Source: a virus | Lineage: Duplodnaviria; Caudoviricetes | Direction: 5' to 3' (one strand) | DNA: 27,430 nucleotides | IMG/VR virus record: IMGVR_UViG_3300020381_000894 | Location: 1 to 27,430 of that record | In this document: positions 8,200 to 19,600 of the stretch, piece by piece | How positions within the stretch are numbered: position 1 is the first letter of the stretch | How the letters are laid out: each line of letters begins with the position of its first letter | Translations under genes and position numbers: made by a program | The notes under the pieces: model-generated | The model's input: the letters and a program-made list of their open reading frames with translations, nothing else | Told to the model about the DNA's origin: nothing | The model's database searches: none

Positions 8200-9635
8200 A
8201 AATTTGCGTTGTAGGTGGAGGCACAGCAGGATTTGTATCAGCATTAACGCTGAAGGCATCCTTTCCGACATACACAGTTGACATAATAAAAAGTTCTAAT
8301 ATACCAACCATTGGGGTTGGAGAAGGATCTACAGAGCATTGGTCACGATTTATGGATTTTGTTGGTATACAGGCAGGAGAAATGATTAGAGAATGTGATG
8401 CAACATTTAAAACAGGTATCATGTTTAAGGATTGGGGTGGGAGAGATTACTTACAAAATGTTCATTCGCATTATTCTGCAGATAGAAACGGTTTTCCTAT
8501 TGTATATTCAAAACTGATGAGTGAAAATGTTGATCCAAGAAAACTTACTGGCGATTACCTATGGGATAACAAAACACCTTTTATGAAATTTATTGAAGAG
8601 AGACCAAATGAAACTGGTGTGTCTCAATATCACTTTAATACAAGTAAGCTAAATGATTATTTGACAAAAAAGTCTAAAGAAATGGGTTGTGAGATAATTG
8701 ATGATGATGTAGAACCAATTTGGTCAACGGAAATAAAATATTTAAAAGGTCAAAAGCAGGATTACCACTATGACTTTTACATTGATTGTACAGGATTCAA
8801 AAGACTTTTAATTAGTAAACTAGGAGCCAAATGGAAAAGCTATAGGCAATGGTTAAAGATGAAGGAAGCTATAGTATTTCCTACACCAGAAGAAGATGAA
8901 ATACCAATTTGGACACTAGCACGAGCAATGGACTGTGGTTGGATGTTTAGAATTCCTGTATGGGGTAGAAAAGGTAACGGATACATCTATGATAGCGATT
9001 ACATAAACGCTGATCAAGCCAAGGAAGAAGTAGAAAAATACTTAGGTCATGAAATAGAAGTTGCAAAAAATATACAATTTGATCCAGGAGCAATAGACAA
9101 ACCTTGGATTGCAAATTGTTGTGCTATTGGTCTTAGTGCTAATTTTGTAGAACCTTTGGAGGCAAGTTCAATAGGTACAAGCATTAACCAATCATTCTTA
9201 TTAGCTCAAAGACTTTCTAATTACAACCAAGCAACAATAGAATTGTATAACAAAGAGATTGATGCGATAATGGAAAACATAAGAGACTTTATAATATTGC
9301 ACTACATAAGCCCTAGACGTGATACTAAATTTTGGCAAGACGTTGCAGAAATAGAACTTCCAGAAAGTTTAAAAAATAATTTAGCAATGTGGAAACACAG
9401 GCTACCAGTGTCAGACGATTTTGCAAATAAAACTTTGTTTAACGAATTCAATCATTCCTTAGTTTTACATGGCATGGATATCTTTGATAGAACAAGTTTA
9501 CAAAAACAATATAACGATCTACACATAGATGCAAAACAATATGTAGAAAATATCATTCAAGAAAAAGAAACGTTTGATACAGTAAAGGCCATACCGCATA
9601 AAATGATGTTAGATTTATTGCGGAGGCTGGTGTGA
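8196..9635 (+). CDS. Flavin-dependent (tryptophan halogenase-like) enzyme, copy 1
   Basis: VVGGGTAG FAD motif, IGVGEGS, ATFKTGI (Lys at the PrnA catalytic position), FYIDCTGF, GWMFRIP and FVEPLEASSI. Confidence 0.88.
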   Translation: MKICVVGGGTAGFVSALTLKASFPTYTVDIIKSSNIPTIGVGEGSTEHWSRFMDFVGIQAGEMIRECDATFKTGIMFKDWGGRDYLQNVHSHYSADRNGFPIVYSKLMSENVDPRKLTGDYLWDNKTPFMKFIEERPNETGVSQYHFNTSKLNDYLTKKSKEMGCEIIDDDVEPIWSTEIKYLKGQKQDYHYDFYIDCTGFKRLLISKLGAKWKSYRQWLKMKEAIVFPTPEEDEIPIWTLARAMDCGWMFRIPVWGRKGNGYIYDSDYINADQAKEEVEKYLGHEIEVAKNIQFDPGAIDKPWIANCCAIGLSANFVEPLEASSIGTSINQSFLLAQRLSNYNQATIELYNKEIDAIMENIRDFIILHYISPRRDTKFWQDVAEIELPESLKNNLAMWKHRLPVSDDFANKTLFNEFNHSLVLHGMDIFDRTSLQKQYNDLHIDAKQYVENIIQEKETFDTVKAIPHKMMLDLLRRLV

Positions 9636-10441
9636 GGATTTTTGCATTTGGTTGCAGTTTATCCCAATATTTTTTTCCTACTTGGGCTGACATATTAATC
9701 TTTCAACATAAAAATAATGGATACTATGGAGAGAACTGGGCAAGGAGTGGTGCAGGTAATCAATTTATTAGCACAAGATTATGGGAAGCCAACACAGTAC
9801 ATAAATTTAATGAATCTGATATCATATTATTACAATGGACAAGTATGTTCAGAGAAGATAGATATAATATAGGCAAGGGTTGGTGGACACCTGGTAATTT
9901 TAATTTTCAAGACGAGAAGGTTTTCAAAGATCCTATACACGCAGTCATGAGAGATTGTGCTTTGATAACTAGCACAACAAAAGCGTTAGAAACTTTAGGT
10001 TGTGAAGTTATTACTACAGGATTTAGAGATTGGCAAGAAGGTTGGACTGAACTTTCTACTGAATTTACTGACAGACAGTTTTTAGAATTAGCAGATGTAA
10101 GAGCTGTGTTGGAACAATACAAAGATGAACTAAAATTATCGACACCACCAATACTAAATGCTTTGAATTTTGGTTCAGATGATGAATTTTTTAAAAGCAG
10201 ACCAACTAGCATTCCAAGTGCAGATGAAAAACTGAAACATTTAATTACTCCAGAAGTTCATCCCTTAACACACGAAGCCGCAAAATTTGTAGACGAACAT
10301 GTAGAACAATTAAATGATCAAACTATAGATTTTGTTGAAGAATGGAAAGAAAAATTAAATAAAGACACCATACGACTTTACGAACTTGACTGGTTCAACA
10401 AAGATAAATGTGGTTGGTCAGATGATAGATGGAGACCATAA
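9632..10441 (+). CDS. Hypothetical protein, SGNH-hydrolase-like
   Basis: FAFGCSLS (GxS), NWARSGAGN, LQWTSMFR-D and a late EVHP motif; GGAGG RBS and GTGA overlap. Confidence 0.5.
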   Translation: MRIFAFGCSLSQYFFPTWADILIFQHKNNGYYGENWARSGAGNQFISTRLWEANTVHKFNESDIILLQWTSMFREDRYNIGKGWWTPGNFNFQDEKVFKDPIHAVMRDCALITSTTKALETLGCEVITTGFRDWQEGWTELSTEFTDRQFLELADVRAVLEQYKDELKLSTPPILNALNFGSDDEFFKSRPTSIPSADEKLKHLITPEVHPLTHEAAKFVDEHVEQLNDQTIDFVEEWKEKLNKDTIRLYELDWFNKDKCGWSDDRWRP

Positions 10442-11004
10442 TGTCAACACCTGTAATAGGATTAGATAGAGACGGAACTATTAATGTAGATGTTGGTGGA
10501 TATGTCACTAAACCAGAACAATTCCAACCCATTGAAGGTAGTTTAGAAGCTGTAAAAATGATTAGAGATAAGGGATATGATGTTGTAATTTTGACTAACC
10601 AAGCAGGGATTCAAAAGGGTATTATGGATGCAGTTGATGTCGATATTGTGCATAACCATATGTTGACTTTACTAGGAGAAATAGGTTGTCACAGCATTAA
10701 TGGATTGTATTACTCAACTACACCTTTTAAGGATGATCCTTATAGAAAACCTAATACAGGTATGTTTAAAAGAGCATCAGCCGAGGTAGGTGTTGACTGG
10801 ACTAATGGATTATATGTTGGCGATAAAATATCAGATCTTAAAGCGGCTGTCAAGGCAAAGGCAAAACCAGTGCTTGTACGCACAGGATATGGTGAAGAAA
10901 CTATAAAAAAACTTAATACTTTCGCTAATAAAGACCTTAAAAAACGCACTGACGTCTTTGATAATCTCAATAAGTTTGCCCATAGTTTAGTGGATCTGTC
11001 ATAA
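10441..11004 (+). CDS. gmhB: D-glycero-D-manno-heptose 1,7-bisphosphate phosphatase (HAD family)
   Basis: LDRDGTIN, TNQAGI, RKPNTGM, VGDKISDL and LVRTGYG. Start set at ATG 10441 (TAATG overlap, GGAG RBS at 10431). Confidence 0.85.
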   Translation: MSTPVIGLDRDGTINVDVGGYVTKPEQFQPIEGSLEAVKMIRDKGYDVVILTNQAGIQKGIMDAVDVDIVHNHMLTLLGEIGCHSINGLYYSTTPFKDDPYRKPNTGMFKRASAEVGVDWTNGLYVGDKISDLKAAVKAKAKPVLVRTGYGEETIKKLNTFANKDLKKRTDVFDNLNKFAHSLVDLS

Positions 11005-11035
11005 TTTATTATAGTTCTACATATCTGTTTATAAA

Positions 11036-11043
11036 GATAAATA
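11036..11043 (+). promoter_or_regulatory. T4-type late promoter motif (GATAAATA)
   Basis: Intergenic GATAAATAC, the same 9-mer as at 1479, upstream of a GGAG RBS and the structural gene block. Confidence 0.55.
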
Positions 11044-11061
11044 CAATATGGAGCATGTATA

Positions 11062-11571
11062 ATGAATAAACAGCTGAATAATTTATTATCTAAAGGTCAA
11101 AACAACACCATAGAGCTATCAAACAGAAGTAGTTTTAGTTTCAAGGGCAACTGGATAGGAGTATATCCTAGCACAGTGATGGACAAATGGCATGTTGGTG
11201 ATTTTAGTAGTGTTATCTACCAGATCACAGTTGAATTTGGATCTAATGAAAAAGAAATATTGCAACTTTCTGTAGTTGCAAGACCAGACAGAGCTGTTGC
11301 TACAATATTTGGAAGATCAAGCATAAATCAAGAACTAATTACTCTATCAGTTACGGTAGATGCTGGTTTATGTTACATAAACGTGACGCCTAATAGTGGA
11401 TACGCAGGCGCTAAATTAATATTCCATGGTACTTACGCAAAAACTATAAATCAACTTGTTCCGCCGGCTATTGTCGCAGATACGTCTACAGAAGAGTCAA
11501 GTGGAATAAATACTTTTGATAGTTTAACAAGTACAATGGACAATACAACACTAACATTTGATAAGGGTTAA
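11062..11571 (+). CDS. Putative virion structural protein
   Basis: Beta-rich 169 aa ending TFDSLTSTMDNTTLTFD, a tail I recognise from T4-like baseplate-associated proteins; follows a late promoter motif. Confidence 0.45.
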   Translation: MNKQLNNLLSKGQNNTIELSNRSSFSFKGNWIGVYPSTVMDKWHVGDFSSVIYQITVEFGSNEKEILQLSVVARPDRAVATIFGRSSINQELITLSVTVDAGLCYINVTPNSGYAGAKLIFHGTYAKTINQLVPPAIVADTSTEESSGINTFDSLTSTMDNTTLTFDKG

Positions 11572-11574
11572 GAG

Positions 11575-13056
11575 ATGGCAAAATCAGTATTAAACATAGG
11601 TTCAGCGGCAAACGACGGTACTGGTGACACACTGAGAGGTGGAGCAACCAAGATCAATGCAAATGCCGATGAGCTTTATAATAGCTTAGGCGATGGCACA
11701 AATTTAAAAGATATCGTCAATTCAAATTTGGAATTAGATATTCCAAACGATAACGCAAAAATAAACAAAGTAAGTTTTCATGCATCAACACTAAACCAAA
11801 TGAATGCAATTAGCACAAGCACATATCACGGTGCAATGCTACATGTTCATGAAGGTGGTAGTGTATATGTAGCACATGCTGGAGCATGGCACAAGATGCT
11901 TTTGGATGCGAGTGGTGGAGCCATCACAAACTACACGGATCCATTAAAAAGTGTTGCTTATGTAGGAAACATAAATTCTTTATCAGACGTAGATACAACC
12001 AGTACTGCACCACAAACAGGAAATGTTTTAAAGTGGGACGGTGGTAAATGGGCACCAGGTACTGATGCTACCACAGGTGGGGCAGGTACAGATGCTGACA
12101 CACTTGATGGACAAGATGGCTCATACTATCTTAACTATAATAATTTAAACAACAAACCTACTATTCCGTCTACGCTTTTAAATTTAAATATTTCAGACGG
12201 TACAAGTGGACAAGTTTTAAAAACAAACGGTAACGGTACATTTGAATTTACAACAGTAAGTGCAGGTGGTAATCAAAATGTGTTTAATACAGTAGATGGT
12301 GACACAGGAACAACCACTGCAAATTCTACTACAGATACATTAACTATTGCAGGTGGAGCCAACATATCAACGCAGATATCAGGCGATACAGTTACTATTG
12401 CATACACAGGTTCACCTAACTCAGGTGAAGAAAACCAAAACGCATTTACAAACGTTGCATCGGATTCAGGCACAGCAGTTGCAGATTCCAAAACAGATAC
12501 TTTGACTATTGCAGGTGGTACAAATATTTCAACAGCAGTTGCGGGTGATACTGTTACTATTAATTACTCAGGTACAAATACTTTAGCAACCTTAACTGAC
12601 ACTGATACTACAGGTGCAATAGCAGGTAATGTGCTTGTATACAACGGAAGCAGTTGGGTAGATCATGGACAAACTGTTGATCAAATGGCTTATCCTGCCA
12701 TCACAACTTTAACTGTTACAGCAGATTCTTTTAACGGGTACAAGTTTGATCAATATGGCAACACAGAAGATCCTACAATTTATGCCTTGGCAGGGGCAAC
12801 TATTGCATTTAAGTTATCAGGTATAGGAAGTCATCCATTTTTAATTCAAACAAGTGGTGGTATAAATTATGATAACGGATTGTTGCATGTTGAAACTACC
12901 GGAGCAGAGTCAACAGGTTCGTCTGCACAAGGTAAGACAAGCGGAACTTTATATTGGAAAGTGCCAGCAAATATCTCTGGAAACTATCAGTATAGATGTT
13001 CTAGTCATAGTGCGATGCAAGGAACTATCGTAATCAAATCTATGGCTTCGATATAA
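11575..13056 (+). CDS. Tail fibre / baseplate-attached protein with T4 gp9/gp10-like N-terminus, internal repeats and C-terminal cupredoxin-like domain
   Basis: N-terminus NIGSAANDGTGDTLRGGATKINAN..ELY; DADTLDGQDG and GQVLKTNGNG fibre motifs; C-terminus HPF...YRCSSHSAMQG. Confidence 0.75.
   Translation: MAKSVLNIGSAANDGTGDTLRGGATKINANADELYNSLGDGTNLKDIVNSNLELDIPNDNAKINKVSFHASTLNQMNAISTSTYHGAMLHVHEGGSVYVAHAGAWHKMLLDASGGAITNYTDPLKSVAYVGNINSLSDVDTTSTAPQTGNVLKWDGGKWAPGTDATTGGAGTDADTLDGQDGSYYLNYNNLNNKPTIPSTLLNLNISDGTSGQVLKTNGNGTFEFTTVSAGGNQNVFNTVDGDTGTTTANSTTDTLTIAGGANISTQISGDTVTIAYTGSPNSGEENQNAFTNVASDSGTAVADSKTDTLTIAGGTNISTAVAGDTVTINYSGTNTLATLTDTDTTGAIAGNVLVYNGSSWVDHGQTVDQMAYPAITTLTVTADSFNGYKFDQYGNTEDPTIYALAGATIAFKLSGIGSHPFLIQTSGGINYDNGLLHVETTGAESTGSSAQGKTSGTLYWKVPANISGNYQYRCSSHSAMQGTIVIKSMASI
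12271..12573 (+). repeat. Two tandem protein repeats with a 54-codon period (NQNxF..V..D.GT..A.S.TDTLTIAGG.NIST...GDTVTI.Y.G)
   Basis: Copies start at 12271 and 12433, 162 bp apart. Confidence 0.85.
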
Positions 13057-13070
13057 CATAAGGAAGAAAA

Positions 13071-13628
13071 ATGGCAGGCACAGTAATTAACGATAAGTTT
13101 CAAGCACAGTTTGGATTTGAAAGTCCAAAGTATACTGTGGATACTGCTGGAAAAATTACAGCAGAGACACTAGACGTTAAATCAATTTTACTTAATGGTA
13201 AATCATTTGTGCAAGCCGCAAGTGATGATCAGACAAGTGATGATACTGGTACAACAGTATCAAACTCTTTTGATAGTTTAGCTGTGAACGGCGGAGTTTT
13301 CAAAGTAAATGACTCTGCTAACAATACAATTTTATCAGTAATAAATTCAAGGATAGTAGTAAACAACATAGGAATACCTGGCACGATTGACAATGTTGAC
13401 ATTGGTTATCATACACCTGTACAAGTACAAGCGTACAATATTGATATGACTACTGCGCCTGACAGTTCAGCAAGTAATTTGAATGTAAGTGGTTCAAATC
13501 TTAACGGAGATTTAACAGTGAATGACAACCTATTAATGCAGAGAGATCCTACAGTAGGCACACATGCCGCTAGAAAAGGATATGTTGATGCAACAGCAAC
13601 CGCACTAGCAGTGGCATTTGGAGCATAA
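13071..13628 (+). CDS. Putative virion/fibre-associated protein
   Basis: PTVGTHAARKGYVD (KxYVD fibre motif) and hydrophobic C-terminal ATALAVAFG; lies within the structural block. Confidence 0.55.
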   Translation: MAGTVINDKFQAQFGFESPKYTVDTAGKITAETLDVKSILLNGKSFVQAASDDQTSDDTGTTVSNSFDSLAVNGGVFKVNDSANNTILSVINSRIVVNNIGIPGTIDNVDIGYHTPVQVQAYNIDMTTAPDSSASNLNVSGSNLNGDLTVNDNLLMQRDPTVGTHAARKGYVDATATALAVAFGA

Positions 13629-13631
13629 AGA

Positions 13632-16600
13632 ATGGCAAAGAAAAAGATACAGAATTATACGTTTTATCCTGGTATAGGATTAAATGATGCAGTTTATCCA
13701 AATGCAAAATGGTTACTGAACGCAAATAAAACTTTTATACAATACGAAGTATCAGCCTGGATAGCAAAGCAAGTTGCAGATAATGCCACAGGCTTTGAAG
13801 GTTATATATATGATGATGCAAAGTGCAGAAGAGATACAGGTTATAACATAGACGCATGGTTACATGATTTACAGTATGGTGGAAACCAAGAAACTTATAG
13901 AATTGCAAATACCTATTGGGAAAGAGAAGTTGCACAAATTGATGGAACAAGAATTCCAGAAATTAGAGCAAAAGAATTTACAAGAGACTTAATAACTAAT
14001 CATGTGTTTGCCAATTCAGCTCAGACTACTCCATATCAAAGTACTTACGCACAAACTGTTAACGCAACTTATACTTCAGAACCACAAGCTGGTACTAGAA
14101 TACAAACTCTTTCTGCAATAGTAATAGCAGTTATTACAAACGGATTAAGTTCGTTACCTACGTTTGAAAGAAAAGGTTTAGGTCATATTAGATTTGCAGG
14201 AAACTATGACGCAAGTGATTTGCTTATTATTACAAACTCAACTAAATCTGAAGTCATATACAACTTTACTGATGCTACAAAAGGTGGTAAGGTTACAAGA
14301 ATAGATGATGTTACACCTAGAGATAGTGGCGGATATGTTGTAAAATATGATTCGGTAAATGCTAATGAAAATTCAGATACGGACTTTCCAAAATATTTAC
14401 AAACAACTGATGCTATTACTATAGTAGATTTAGTTTTTAACACAAGCACACAAGCAACAACAGATGAAATACAAATATTTGTAAATAGCGAAGAACAGAC
14501 AACTAGACCATACCGTTTTGGTACAGATGCTATTGAACGTATGCGTATTGCACCACCGTTATCCATGCTTGATGCTGACTTTGAATACGGCTTACAGCCA
14601 ACCAAATGGTCAGCTATAGGAATGATGCGTGGATATCCAAGTGTGTATGAATTGCCAGGAACTGACACGCAAGTTGCAACTGTCACAACAGATGCTTCGT
14701 CAGGCTCTGCAGGAATTGGTGCTAGTTTAATTACTGTAACAACAATAGGTGGACACGGATTTATTGCAGGTACACCAATTACAATCAAAGCATTAGAAGA
14801 TGCTGTTGTTGGAGCCGCTAGAGCAGAAGGTTCGTTTATTATTAATACTGTACCTACAGCTACAACGTTTACTTTTTATGCAAAATCAAAAGTTGGAACT
14901 ACAAATGGACAGGTACTTTCAACAACATACACACAACTTAGACAAGGTGCTTTTTATACAGGTGCTAGTTTAGGTCAGCCACAGTTTGATGTATTCAGTA
15001 ATGGTACTAATGGTACAATGAACTTATCACTTGCGGCACAGCAAAGTGAAAATAGAATTGCAACCACAGGAGACGTTCCAGAAATTGGTGCTCCTATAAA
15101 TTATCCATCAGCGTTTGCTGTCGGTACACAGGTATCAGCTGTTGCAAATACACCAGGTGGTACTCCATTATCGATGAATTTAACAGGCGATATTACAAGT
15201 GGTAACACGCAGTTCACAGTAAGTTCAACAAGTGGTATTGTTCAAGGATTAGCGGCTGATAATGGCTCAGGTGATGCTATATTTGTTAATAACATAGTAG
15301 GATCAACTGTATCTATGAGTGGACAATTTACATCTACAATTAATAAAAATACAGAAACTTACACCGGTGTGTCTGGTACGATAACAGCACCAGCAGGTTT
15401 AAATGGACAATTTAATATTAGTCGATCAGGAGTAAACTATTCAGTAGACGGTATTAACCAAGCTGGTTCAGGATACAAGCAAGGTGATACTATTAAAATA
15501 TTAGGTACTAATTTAGGTGGTTTGACTCCAGCAAATGATGCCGTATTATTGGTTACAGCCGTAAATGGATCCGGCGGTATAACATCTGCATCAATTTCAG
15601 GAACAGCTTTGAGCGGAAGCATTACATGGCAAAATGTAACATCAACTTACAACAATAGTGCAGGTACATGGGGTGGAACACAGGTAGATATTGGTTGGGA
15701 AAACAATGCATACAATGCCATAACTTTTAATTCACCAAATGCTACTTCAGGTTATGCAGTAAACGACATAGTAAAACTATCAGGATCAAATGTATCACCA
15801 GGAAGTTCATCAGATGGTTCACAATCATTTGGCAGTGGTAATGATGTATTAGCCTATGTTGCGGCTGTAGGCGGCGGCGGAACAATTACAACATTGACAA
15901 TAGTTAATGATTCGGCAAGAGTTGGTACACCTCCAGCACTTACTTTAAGTTATTCATTTGGACCTTCAGCATTAACATTCAGTGGTGGTTCGGGTACAGA
16001 TTTTGCATTCAATATTAATAGAAGTATAGGTGCAAGTGCATCTTACAGTATACAAATTTCAGCTAACGGTACAGGTTACAATACAGCAGATACACTTGTT
16101 ATAACAGGAAATAAACTTGGTGGTGCAACAACAGCCAATGATTTATATCTGAGAATTGTTTCGGTTGATGGTGCAGGTGGTATCACTGATGTGAGATTAG
16201 AAGGCAGTGACGAATCAACACTTGCTGTAGCATACAACGGCTCATCTGTTCAAGGTAAAACAATGACAAATGTTGCAGGTGCAGGAGCAATTTTCGACGT
16301 TATAAATAATGGAACAGCATATTCTGTTTCAATAGATACTGCTGGTGAGGATTATTATCAAGGACAAACATTTACTATTGCAGGTACACAGTTAGGCGGA
16401 GCATCTCCTACAAATGACGCCACAGTAACAATTGATAGCGTAAACACAACAGGAATTGATGATCAAGGTATAATTGCAACAGCAAGTATTTCTGGTAGTG
16501 CTCCAACATTACCAACCAGCTTTACAGGTGTGCCAGGCACTAACGAAGCACATGCAGGTGCAAGTGGAACATTTAACGTAACTAGAACGCAAGGAACATA

Positions 16601-19600
16601 TTCGGTTGCCATTAATGCAAACGGATCAGGATACAAAGTAGGAAATATTATAACAATAGTTGGCACAAACTTAGGTGGTTCAACCACAGCCAACGATGCT
16701 ACTGTAACAGTTACAGGTGTTGATGGTTCGGGCGGATTAAGTTCTGCAAGTATAACAGGAACTGGAGTTGCAGGTGGTACATTAAATCTTGTTAATGGTA
16801 TTACACTAACAGATTTTACAACACAAGCAATTAATCAAGGAACTAATATACCATTTGAAGCGTTGGCAACTGTAGAAGTATCGTGGCCATATGCACATGG
16901 TATTGTACCAGGTGATACATTCATTGTTGATATCAATTCAGATGATGGCGGAACAAATAATCACCAATTAGCAGGTGGTTCGTTCATGGCAATCACAGTT
17001 CCAACTACAAAGAAAATTAGATATAACACAAGAGCTCCTGGTAATATTAAGGAATTTGTTACTGGCACATCAGTTGAAGATAAGGTACAAGGTAACGTTT
17101 ACATGCGACCTGACTCATTCTTCATACACAGACCATATGACGGTGGTGTGCAGTTAGGAACAGGTGGACCTCAACACGGTGCTCAAGCAATTAGACAGAG
17201 TAAAAAATACATTAGATACCAGTCTGGTAAGGGTATCATGTATACAACAGGTGCACTTTTTGCCCCATCCTATGATGTAAGATCCATTACTGCAACTGGC
17301 ACTGAGATAGGTGCTACACTTACTATCGTGAGTGATGATAATGATCATGGTGCTCAGGTTGGTGGTAGAATAAGAATCATCGGAGTTGAATCAGCAGGAT
17401 TCAACGGAGAATATGTAGTTAATCAAATTGTTGATGAAAGAACATTAAAAGTACTTTCAACACGTAGACTCGGCGCAACAACAGCCGTACTAGGTTTTGC
17501 GGCACAGATGACTGTCGTTGGATGGCATGGTGCTACTGTACGCTCGGGAATCTTTGATGACCAAAATGGAATTTATTGGGAATATGATGGTAGTAATGTA
17601 AGTGTTGCTCAAAGAACATCTACAAAACAAATTGCAGGAACGGTTGGAGCATCGCCAGATAGTAACCTTATTACAGGTAACAACACAAGATTTAGAGACC
17701 AGCTCAAAGCAGGTGATAGAATTGTTATTAAAGGAATGACACACGTTGTATCAAATGTTGATTCACAAACACAAATTACAATTACTCCAGATTATAGAGG
17801 AGTAAATCAAATATATGCGGCTAAGGTAAACCTTATTGCTGACAAAAAAGTACTACAAGAAGAATGGAACTTGGATAGACTAGACGGTACTGGACCAAGT
17901 GGATACAATATGGATGTGAGATACATGCAGATGATTGGTATCCAATACAGTTGGTACGGTGCTGGTTTCATTGACTGGATGGTAAGAGGTGCCGATGGTA
18001 ACTTTGTGTTCTGTCACAGAATGCGTAACTCAAACGTAAACACAGAAGCATTTATGAGATCAGGTAACTTACCTGTGCGTTATGAAGTTACTAATGAAGG
18101 AGCATTTGATAGACTAGCAAGTGATATTACTGACACACAAACTACGTTGACACTTGTAGAAAGCAAATTCTTTCCAAGCTCAGGTACTGTGTTTATAGAT
18201 AACGAGCTTATATCTTATACAGCAAAAGATGATACAACCAGAACACTTTCAGGTTTAACCAGAGGTACTTCATTAACAAACTTCCAAGCAGGTGCAACTA
18301 GACAGTATTCAGCAAGTCCGGCAAGTGGACATGCGGCAAGGACTGGTGTCATATTAGTAAGTAATACAATTACTCCACTCATATCACACTGGGGATCAGC
18401 GTTTATTACAGACGGAATGTTTGATGAAGATAGAGGTTATATCTTCTCATACACAGAAGCAGGATTGTCAGTTTCTACAACAAGACAAACAGCTTTCTTA
18501 CTTAGACTAGCACCTAGTGTTAGTAACGCTATTGTTGGAGATTTAGGAGATAGAGAACTTCTTAACAGAGCCCAGTTGCTTATGCAAGGTTTAGAGATCA
18601 CATCAGATGGTGTTGATCCAACTGACAACACACAAATTGTTACAGGTGGTATCGTTATTGAAGGAATATTAAATCCGCAAAACTATCCACTCAACCCAAG
18701 TGACATTGGTTGGCAAGGACTGTCAGGACTAGCCCAAGGTGGTCAGCCTAGCTTTGCACAGGTTGCCTCAGGTGCATCAGTTAACTGGAACTCAGGTGAT
18801 ACTGCAACCTATACAACTGGTGCAGTTATGGCTCAGGTTACTGCAACGGCTCAATTGATGCCATGGTGGTCATTTAGAACAAACAGAAGTTATGCATACT
18901 TTACAGCAAATAGTTGGGAAGATGCTAATCTATCAGTTGGTGATGAAGTTAATGCAGACGGTGGAGGTAATGAATACTTTCCATCAGGAACTACAATCCA
19001 ACAGGTTGTTGACCAAACAATTTATGGACGTTATCTAGTTTACTTTTCTCAGAACTCAAATTCAAACTCTAGTAACGCGGCAACACAGACATTCCAAAAA
19101 GGTGGAGACACAGTAAACAGCGTTAGTGCATTGTTCCTTAAAAATGTATGGGACGCAACAGGAGCCAAGTCAGGTACGATTATTGGTAACTCGGGCGGTG
19201 CTCCAACTGACCAAAGTGACATCAGTATGCCAGCGGGATCATATGTCACAAATGTTGAAGGACCATTATTATTTGGTAATCAAAGTGGATCAGGTATTGA
19301 ATACTACAGAGTTACATTTAACAATGCGTATACTGGTACAGTTTCACCAGGAGACTTATTTAACTTTACGTTCCAACAACCTCCGTACGCACAGCCAGGT
19401 GAAACAGTATTTTCATTTATTGCACAACCAGGAGAAAGATCAACATTGGATCTCAACCTATTGAAAGAATTGACCAATACTACACTGGGAGGAAGAGGTA
19501 CTTTTCCAAATGGTCCAGACGTGTTAGCAATCAACGTGTATAAAACTACTGGTGCAACAACAAAAGCGAATATTATTACGAAGTGGGGCGAGGCTCAGGC

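Noticed and set aside
12700-13056. Stand-alone plastocyanin (petE) auxiliary gene
   Set aside because: The copper motif is the C-terminal domain of a 493-aa fibre-like protein with no signal peptide.
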